Of a stretch of DNA of 29,580 bases, positions 23,759 through 29,580 are shown piece after piece; within the stretch, counting starts at the first letter, position 1, and every line of letters starts with the position of its first letter. The position numbers and the translations under genes are program-made. The notes beneath the pieces are model-generated. The model was given only the letters and a program-made list of their open reading frames with translations, was not told where the DNA came from and did not search any database. The stretch comes from an uncultured Gammaproteobacteria bacterium. GTDB taxonomy: Bacteria; Patescibacteriota; Microgenomatia; UBA8517. The stretch spans positions 1-29,580 of the forward strand of contig CAYITS010000001.1 of NCBI GenBank assembly GCA_964366385.1, read 5' to 3'.

Positions 23759-25828
23759 ATGGACAAAAATTATAATCATAAAACGCATGAGGAAAAGATT
23801 TATAAAATGTGGGAAAAGTCCGGCGCCTTTTCTCCTTCGAAAAAAGGCTCGCCTTTTTCAATAATCATGCCTCCTCCAAACGCAAACAACCCTTTACATA
23901 TAGGCCACGCCAGATTTATTGCCATTGAGGATATTCTGGTCAGGTATCATAGACTGAAAGGAGAGTCCGCTTTGTGGCTTCCCGGAAGCGACCACGCCGG
24001 AATTGAAACTCAGTATGTTTTTGAAAAAAAGCTTGCCAAACAAGGAAAAGACCGCTTCGATTTCGACCGCGACACCTTATATAAAATGATTTGGGATTAT
24101 GTGCAAAAAAATACCGATATTATGAAATCACAGCTGAAAAGATTGGGGGCTTCTTGCGATTGGACGCGCTTTAAATTCACTCTTGACCCTAAAATAATTG
24201 CTGTCGTCTATAAAACTTTCAAAAAACTTTACGACGACGGTTTGGTGTATCGGGGAGAACGGATCGTCAATTACTGTCCACGCTGCGGCACCGCCTACTC
24301 TCAGCTTGAAGTAAATTCCGAAGAGAGAGAAGACCGGCTCTATTTTCTTGATTATGGAACAGTTGCCGTTGCCACGACAAGACCCGAAACCATATTTGCG
24401 GATGTTGCTGTCGCCGTCAGCCCTAGAGACAAAAGATATTCAAAACTAAAAGGTATGACCGCAAAATTACCGCTGATTAACCGCGAACTACCCATAATAA
24501 CCGATAATCTTGTGGAAATGGGCTTCGGCACGGGCGCGTTGAAGATTACCCCAGGTCACGACCCGATCGATTTTGAAATCGGACAAAAACACCATTTAAC
24601 TTCAATTAGCGTTATCGATGACAAAGGAAGAATGATTAATACTCCCAAAAAATATATTGGGATGAAAGCTTTGATTGCCCGTGAAGAGGTTGTCAAGGAT
24701 CTTGAGGAGGCAGGAAAGATTAAAAAAATAGAAACAGTAAAGCACGTTGTTGGGCTTTGTTATAGGGATAAAGGGCTCTTGGAACCCAAAATATCAAAAC
24801 AATGGTTTATTAAAGTAGAACCCTTAGCCAAAAAAGCCTTGCAGGCCGTAAAAAAAGGAGAGGTTCAATTTTCTGCCAAGAAATATGAAAAGATTGCCAT
24901 CCACTGGCTTAAAAACTTAAGAGATTGGAATATATCAAGACAAATCGTCTGGGGAATAAGAATTCCGGCTTTCAGATGCGAAAAATGTATGGAGTGGACC
25001 ATCACCGATGGCACTGAGACTGTCGAATGTGTAAGCTGCAAACATAATGTCCTGACTCAAGACACCGATACTTTTGATACCTGGTTTTCCTCAGGACAGT
25101 GGCCCTTCGCTACGCTCAAGGTAAGCCGTTCCGGTGATTTCAAAAAATATTACCCCACTTCAGTGATGGAAACGGCCTACGATATACTCCCCTTCTGGGT
25201 AATCAGAATGATTATGTTGGGGCTTTATGTAACCGACCGGGTGCCTTTCAAAGAAGTTGTCATTCACGGCCTTGTTCGTGATGAAGAAGGAAATAAAATA
25301 TCCAAATCCAAAGGAAATGTTATCGACCCCATTGAGATGGCGGATAAATACGGAGCCGATGCTTTGCGTATGGCTCTTGTTTGGGGAACATTGGTCGAAA
25401 ACGATATCGCCCTTTCCGAGAACAATGTAAAAGGCCAGAGAAACTTTGCAAACAAGTTGTGGAATGTTGCCCGCTTTGTATTACAAAACGAAGTTAAAAG
25501 GGAAAAGGGAAAAGTTAAAAGTTATCATTCAGATGACAGGTGGATAAAAAGAGAGCTTAAAAACACCATCAAGAAAGTAACCAGAGCTCTAGACAAATAC
25601 CGTTTCAATGAAGCGGCCAAGGAAATTTACGACTTTATTTGGCACAAGTTTGCAGATGAATATATTGAAAAAAGCAAGGACCGGCGCGAAGAGGCGCAGC
25701 CAACCCTGGAACTTGTACTTGCAGGGTCTCTTAAACTTCTCCACCCTTTTATGCCTTTTGTCACCGAAGCAATCTATCAAACAGGATTTGCAAAAGGTAA
25801 AAACGACTTTCTAATTACAATCAATTAA
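23759..25828 (+). CDS. valS: Valyl-tRNA synthetase, short form
   Basis: PPPNANNPLHIGHA (HIGH), DHAGIETQ, ATTRPET, GTGALKITPGHD, DWNISRQIVWG, DTWFSS, KISKSKGN (KMSKS), GADALR, LLHPFMPFVTE. Confidence 0.97.
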   Translation: MDKNYNHKTHEEKIYKMWEKSGAFSPSKKGSPFSIIMPPPNANNPLHIGHARFIAIEDILVRYHRLKGESALWLPGSDHAGIETQYVFEKKLAKQGKDRFDFDRDTLYKMIWDYVQKNTDIMKSQLKRLGASCDWTRFKFTLDPKIIAVVYKTFKKLYDDGLVYRGERIVNYCPRCGTAYSQLEVNSEEREDRLYFLDYGTVAVATTRPETIFADVAVAVSPRDKRYSKLKGMTAKLPLINRELPIITDNLVEMGFGTGALKITPGHDPIDFEIGQKHHLTSISVIDDKGRMINTPKKYIGMKALIAREEVVKDLEEAGKIKKIETVKHVVGLCYRDKGLLEPKISKQWFIKVEPLAKKALQAVKKGEVQFSAKKYEKIAIHWLKNLRDWNISRQIVWGIRIPAFRCEKCMEWTITDGTETVECVSCKHNVLTQDTDTFDTWFSSGQWPFATLKVSRSGDFKKYYPTSVMETAYDILPFWVIRMIMLGLYVTDRVPFKEVVIHGLVRDEEGNKISKSKGNVIDPIEMADKYGADALRMALVWGTLVENDIALSENNVKGQRNFANKLWNVARFVLQNEVKREKGKVKSYHSDDRWIKRELKNTIKKVTRALDKYRFNEAAKEIYDFIWHKFADEYIEKSKDRREEAQPTLELVLAGSLKLLHPFMPFVTEAIYQTGFAKGKNDFLITIN
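25493..25520 (+). repeat. Heptamer array in valS (VKREKGKVKS)
   Basis: gttaaaa gggaaaa gggaaaa gttaaaa. Confidence 0.7.
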
Positions 25829-25831
25829 CCA

Positions 25832-26182
25832 ATGTCTGCTCAAAACAAAAATTCTTTTGTATTTCTTTTGCTATATTCCGCCGTAATCGCTCTTCTTTTG
25901 CTTACCGGCTTGAATATACAAACATTTATCCAAAATCAAAAAGTGCTCGGAATCAAGACAGAGGCTGTCTCCAACGACACGGCTTTACAAATCGAGGAAA
26001 ATTTCTGGAACGATTTCTTAACCCAAAATCCAAACTATTTTGAAGGATGGATAGAACTTGCAAGACTCGAGATTGGTGGCGGAAAAAGAGATTCCGCGAT
26101 TCAAGCTTATACGAAAGCTAAACAACTTAACCCCAATTCCCCAAAAATTAAGGAGTTGGAGGGGCCTCTTCGCCTTCCTTGA
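25832..26182 (+). CDS. Hypothetical membrane-anchored protein with a TPR-like repeat
   Basis: N-terminal TM helix, then NPNYFEGWIELARLE...AIQAYTKAKQLNPN. Confidence 0.65.
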   Translation: MSAQNKNSFVFLLLYSAVIALLLLTGLNIQTFIQNQKVLGIKTEAVSNDTALQIEENFWNDFLTQNPNYFEGWIELARLEIGGGKRDSAIQAYTKAKQLNPNSPKIKELEGPLRLP

Positions 26183-26825
26183 CGGCTGTCTCTTTGCCTT
26201 CTTCGCCCTCTTTGGGTTTTTCTCCATCAACCGCTTCCGCCTCCACGGTTTCCGGAACGGGGGCTTCAACAACTTTTTCTTTTTGCGGCGGCTCAACCTT
26301 CACCAGTATTGTTTCCGCATCCAATTTTATTTCAACTTTCGCTCTGTCTACCTTGAGGTCTTTGACATAAACGGCTTGGTCTACCTCAACCAGCGTACTT
26401 GCGTCGATTTCAAACTTCTCGGGAAGATCTGTAGGAAGAGCTTCAACCGATACTTCATGAACGTACTGAACTACAGTCCCCATTCCTTGTTTCTCTGTCG
26501 AAGACTCCCCAACGACTTCAACCGGGACGTCGGCTTCAACCTTCTCTTTAAGATCTATCTGATGAAAATCAATGTGAATAGGCAAGCCCGAAACAGGATT
26601 TTTTTGAATGTTGGAAATCAGTACGGGTTTTTCGTTTAGATAAACGATACCCGTCTCCCCTGCTTTTTTAAAGACATCCACAAAATCAGCCAGTTTGACC
26701 TGAAGAGCCAGGGATTTAATTTTTTTTCCAAAAACATTAGCCGGAAGTATCCCTTTCTTCCTCAAGATTTTTACCTTACGGCCTGTTATTTTTCTTTTGT
26801 CTGCTTTTAGTGTTAACTTGTCCAT
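26148..26825 (-). CDS. rplY: 50S ribosomal protein L25 (long, CTC/TL5 type)
   Basis: LRKKGILPANVFG, HIDFHQIDL, VPVEVVGES, VEALPTDLPE and an acidic tail. Confidence 0.95.
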   Translation of the reverse strand: MDKLTLKADKRKITGRKVKILRKKGILPANVFGKKIKSLALQVKLADFVDVFKKAGETGIVYLNEKPVLISNIQKNPVSGLPIHIDFHQIDLKEKVEADVPVEVVGESSTEKQGMGTVVQYVHEVSVEALPTDLPEKFEIDASTLVEVDQAVYVKDLKVDRAKVEIKLDAETILVKVEPPQKEKVVEAPVPETVEAEAVDGEKPKEGEEGKETAVKEGEEAPPTP

Positions 26826-26831
26826 GGATCC

Positions 26832-29465
26832 TTACCAGAAAATACGCGAGACCACGTCTCGCGAAAGTAACGCATTATAACCGTCTTGCCCATCAAAGGT
26901 CAAGGATCTATCCGTCTCAATATAATAATCTCCCAGTAAATCAAAATTAAAGTTAACCCGAAGAGGGTCGCCTCCGACACCCGACTGTTTTCTCCACAGT
27001 ATCCTATATTGCCCTTCGCTGTCTTTATTGACACCTGTCTTATTTGTCCAATCCACATACAAAGAACGCTCACTCCCGGGAGGAATTTGCATAAAAAATC
27101 CTATTTCTTTTCTACCATTTATCAGTCCCGTATCGTACCTTAACTCTTCTTTTGACTCTCCGTTTACCAAATAAATACTGTCAATTTCGGCATCGGGAGA
27201 AACCAACAATCTGGTGTACGTTTTATAAATTGCTTTCGGGCCCAATTCGGGGTTGGCGCTATTAACGTATGTGGTCATTAATGACTTTTTTACCACCGTG
27301 TCATTTTGCAGTAGAACATTTAACGAATAGCCCCTTTTGATATAATAGTTCGATTTGTTTACGCCAAGATTTGCTTCGACCAAACCAAACCAATCCGAAT
27401 AACAATTTCCGCTGCAGTTCGGACGGTCTACCGACCCGTCCCATCCCATGTCTGAAATTACGCTTTGTACCCCTTTGTCATGAAAAAATATTTGGATGTG
27501 TTTTTGATTTAAGTTTTTATAAAATATTTCCAAAATGTTTAACGCCCCTTCTTCATTTAAGTCAACGATTTCGTCGGTTAAATTTCTCGCTATTGCCGTC
27601 AGAAAACCGGATTTCCTGTACGATCCGGGGAAAAATTCTTTTTCGGCTTCTACTTGAGTTTTCTCATAAAAATTTTCTTCGTCCAGTGTGACGTTATAGT
27701 CGCTTAACAATAGCGGCCCATAAACCTTAAGAAGATCTTTTACCGGCTCAAGGTCGATAGAAATGACTCCGTCAACCGAAACGTCAATCTCTTTATCCAA
27801 AAACCACTCGGCTCTCTGCGCCGATGTGGGGAAGTCCGGATCCCAGTTTGAATCCCTTAAAAACCAGTTTGCCTCGTTCAAATAGTCTTTAATAGGATCG
27901 GGTGGCTTTATGTATCCCTTTAGTTGTCCGTCGGCAGAATACACATCTTGGATTGTAATATCCGATATCTTCCACCCATCCAGTGTCACCAATGCAAAAG
28001 ATCCTATAAACCCCCCCGTTGGCCTTAACTCCATGTTGTTTTGCAATAGTACCAAATATGTCTTCTTGCCATTTACGCCCAAAATGTCCGGCAAGCCGTC
28101 CAAAATAACTTTACCCGACAAAATTAGATTTTTAATTTCTCCAATATCATTTAAACCATAAGACCTGATTGTCTTTGCCGCAAACTTTTCCCAATAGCCG
28201 CCGGCGGCATCCATTTCTCCTTCCAAAAAAGCTAAACTTTCATAAATTGAGTTTAATCTTAAAACAAGTTTTTTCGAGTAACTATCTGCATCATAATTAT
28301 TCCCGGCGAACACATTGCTTACCAATGCCGAACCTTCATTAAGAAAAGCCGCTCCTTCTATCCCCACCGAAGAGATACTGTTAAACATTCTGGTCACATT
28401 AATCCCCTGTCTATATCCTTTTCCGAAAAGCGGAATTTTGCTGTACAAAATAAATTCCCCCTCAGCAAATCTTGAAGTTATGGCGGACACTTCCAAAAAG
28501 CGTTTGGCTGTACCAATACTCCCTTTTTCAACAAAACGCTTTGCTTGGTATATTGAAAACAGCGAGAAGAGCGACATAAGGACCGGAAACACCAACACCA
28601 TCGTCAGGATAAATAAAACCAATATTCCCCTCCTTACGAAAGGCGGCCGTTTACTCTTTTTAATATTGGTTCTGCCTTGTTTCAAAAACCATTCGACCGT
28701 TGCCTTAATTATATTGTCTAAATCAGATTTTATATTTATTCTTTTAACCCCCTGTGGAATTATGGTATTTATTCCGTCTTCATTCGAAGGTCCCGTATCA
28801 AAGTCGGATAACCGGATATCAACCCCCCTAATATAACGGTTAAAATTGTTTGCGATTTTCAAAACCGAGGTCTCTTCGGACAATATCGCCGTAATTTCTC
28901 CATACGGACCAAATGAGAAGAGCCATTTGGTAATAAGCTTTGAAACATCACCGGCAAACACAGGGTAAAGCGTCTCTTGGCCGCTTAAAGACAATTTTTC
29001 GTTTTCAAATACATGAACAAGAATTTTGGCAATCGGGTTTGGTTCGGACAAACCAATTCTTGGTCCTATTAAATCGCCGACAAACACCAAACCCATCGTA
29101 TCCGGAAGTTTGATTCTCGGATCAAATCCTGAAATATTTCGAAACGAAAGAATTACCAGAGTTTTAACTTGATCTTTACCGGAGCATTCAATTATTTCTC
29201 TTAGATACTCTTTAAAGTTGTCTTTGTCGAGATTAATGAATAGTAAATAGTCGCCATGGCCCGCCTTTTTTGCCGACGCGGTTTTTCCATATGCAATCCA
29301 TTTTTCAAATGCAATAAAATCCTTTGTCTGTATGTGTTCTGTTTTTTTTATCCAAGCTTTAATATCTTCGGCAAAAACCTTTACGCGACAACGATTGGCC
29401 AAAAGATTTTCAACTAAATAAATCGCCAAACAATTCGCTTCCGAAAACAATAAAATCACCGGCAT
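26832..29465 (-). CDS. DUF4012-domain membrane protein with a degenerate epimerase/SDR-like N-terminus
   Basis: LLQNNMELRPTGGFIGS, LRDSNWDPDFPTSA, VDGVISID, ANLGVNKSNYY; TM helix near residues 280-310. Confidence 0.85.
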   Translation of the reverse strand: MPVILLFSEANCLAIYLVENLLANRCRVKVFAEDIKAWIKKTEHIQTKDFIAFEKWIAYGKTASAKKAGHGDYLLFINLDKDNFKEYLREIIECSGKDQVKTLVILSFRNISGFDPRIKLPDTMGLVFVGDLIGPRIGLSEPNPIAKILVHVFENEKLSLSGQETLYPVFAGDVSKLITKWLFSFGPYGEITAILSEETSVLKIANNFNRYIRGVDIRLSDFDTGPSNEDGINTIIPQGVKRINIKSDLDNIIKATVEWFLKQGRTNIKKSKRPPFVRRGILVLFILTMVLVFPVLMSLFSLFSIYQAKRFVEKGSIGTAKRFLEVSAITSRFAEGEFILYSKIPLFGKGYRQGINVTRMFNSISSVGIEGAAFLNEGSALVSNVFAGNNYDADSYSKKLVLRLNSIYESLAFLEGEMDAAGGYWEKFAAKTIRSYGLNDIGEIKNLILSGKVILDGLPDILGVNGKKTYLVLLQNNMELRPTGGFIGSFALVTLDGWKISDITIQDVYSADGQLKGYIKPPDPIKDYLNEANWFLRDSNWDPDFPTSAQRAEWFLDKEIDVSVDGVISIDLEPVKDLLKVYGPLLLSDYNVTLDEENFYEKTQVEAEKEFFPGSYRKSGFLTAIARNLTDEIVDLNEEGALNILEIFYKNLNQKHIQIFFHDKGVQSVISDMGWDGSVDRPNCSGNCYSDWFGLVEANLGVNKSNYYIKRGYSLNVLLQNDTVVKKSLMTTYVNSANPELGPKAIYKTYTRLLVSPDAEIDSIYLVNGESKEELRYDTGLINGRKEIGFFMQIPPGSERSLYVDWTNKTGVNKDSEGQYRILWRKQSGVGGDPLRVNFNFDLLGDYYIETDRSLTFDGQDGYNALLSRDVVSRIFW
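26874..26903 (-). promoter_or_regulatory. Putative rplY promoter embedded in the DUF4012 gene's 3' end
   Basis: TTGACC-N18-TATAAT, followed by an 8-bp hairpin (26845-26863) and AAGGA before the ATG. Confidence 0.55.
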
Positions 29466-29474
29466 GCTATCTTT

Positions 29475-29503
29475 ATGCTAAGGCATTTTCCGTTTGTTAT
29501 CAA
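29475..29503 (-). promoter_or_regulatory. Putative promoter for a near-leaderless DUF4012 transcript
   Basis: TTGATA-N17-TAGCAT, 9 nt before the ATG, with no SD. Confidence 0.55.
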
Positions 29504-29580
29504 TTTTATTTCCAAGTATAAATAATTTTAATACGGGGAATCTTACTCCTTTCTTATAACAAAAAATTTGTTAAATAATT

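Noticed and set aside
26148-26182. 35-nt convergent overlap of the TPR-like gene and rplY
   Set aside because: Short tail-to-tail overlaps are common in compact genomes, and no further signal is visible.
26058-26639. 193-aa plus-strand ORF (and 26018-26296 minus, 26179-26370 plus)
   Set aside because: Shadow frames of rplY's low-complexity tail.
28197-28208. 12-bp palindrome GCCGCCGGCGGC in the DUF4012 gene
   Set aside because: Short, explained by Ala-Ala-Gly-Gly codons, and lacking the arms of the hairpin family.
28315-28836. 173-aa plus-strand ORF and other short ORFs opposite long genes (e.g. 18448-18891, 14645-14998, 15733-16113)
   Set aside because: Fully antisense or out of frame within well-supported genes.

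Overview
Chromosomal window from a small-genome bacterium, most likely Patescibacteria/CPR (Microgenomates-like). This is inferred from the DUF4012 protein, the short ValRS, the VanW and orphan solute-binding proteins, and mostly SD-less starts. TGA is used as stop, so the code is standard code 11. In order, the window holds: the 3' end of metG; a cell-envelope glycan cluster (GT2, UDP-sugar decarboxylase, GT-C, WecA/MraY-like, UbiA-like); a decayed Phd-VapC toxin-antitoxin pair; a PEGA/SH3 protein; a tRNA-Cys/GIY-YIG locus; an M23 peptidase; a BrnT-BrnA pair; groESL with a CIRCE-like operator; a pyrB-F-E-C-D operon; a nucleotidyltransferase-like gene; a solute-binding protein; vanW-like; dedA; a tsaC-tsaE fusion; tsaD; valS; rplY; and a DUF4012 gene. 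The most striking signal is at 8381-8884. A tRNA-Cys(GCA) gene is split inside its anticodon by a 30-nt double hairpin. That hairpin and the surrounding tRNA bases are duplicated as 50-bp direct repeats around a GIY-YIG nuclease gene and a second, intact tRNA-Cys. Hairpins with related arms also sit inside protein-coding genes. Other highlights are a pyrimidine operon bounded by exact 12-bp direct repeats, a compact leader-peptide attenuator upstream of pyrB, an in-frame internally deleted VapC, and 7-8-nt tandem arrays inside housekeeping ORFs. All family assignments come from motif recognition by eye, with no database searches.
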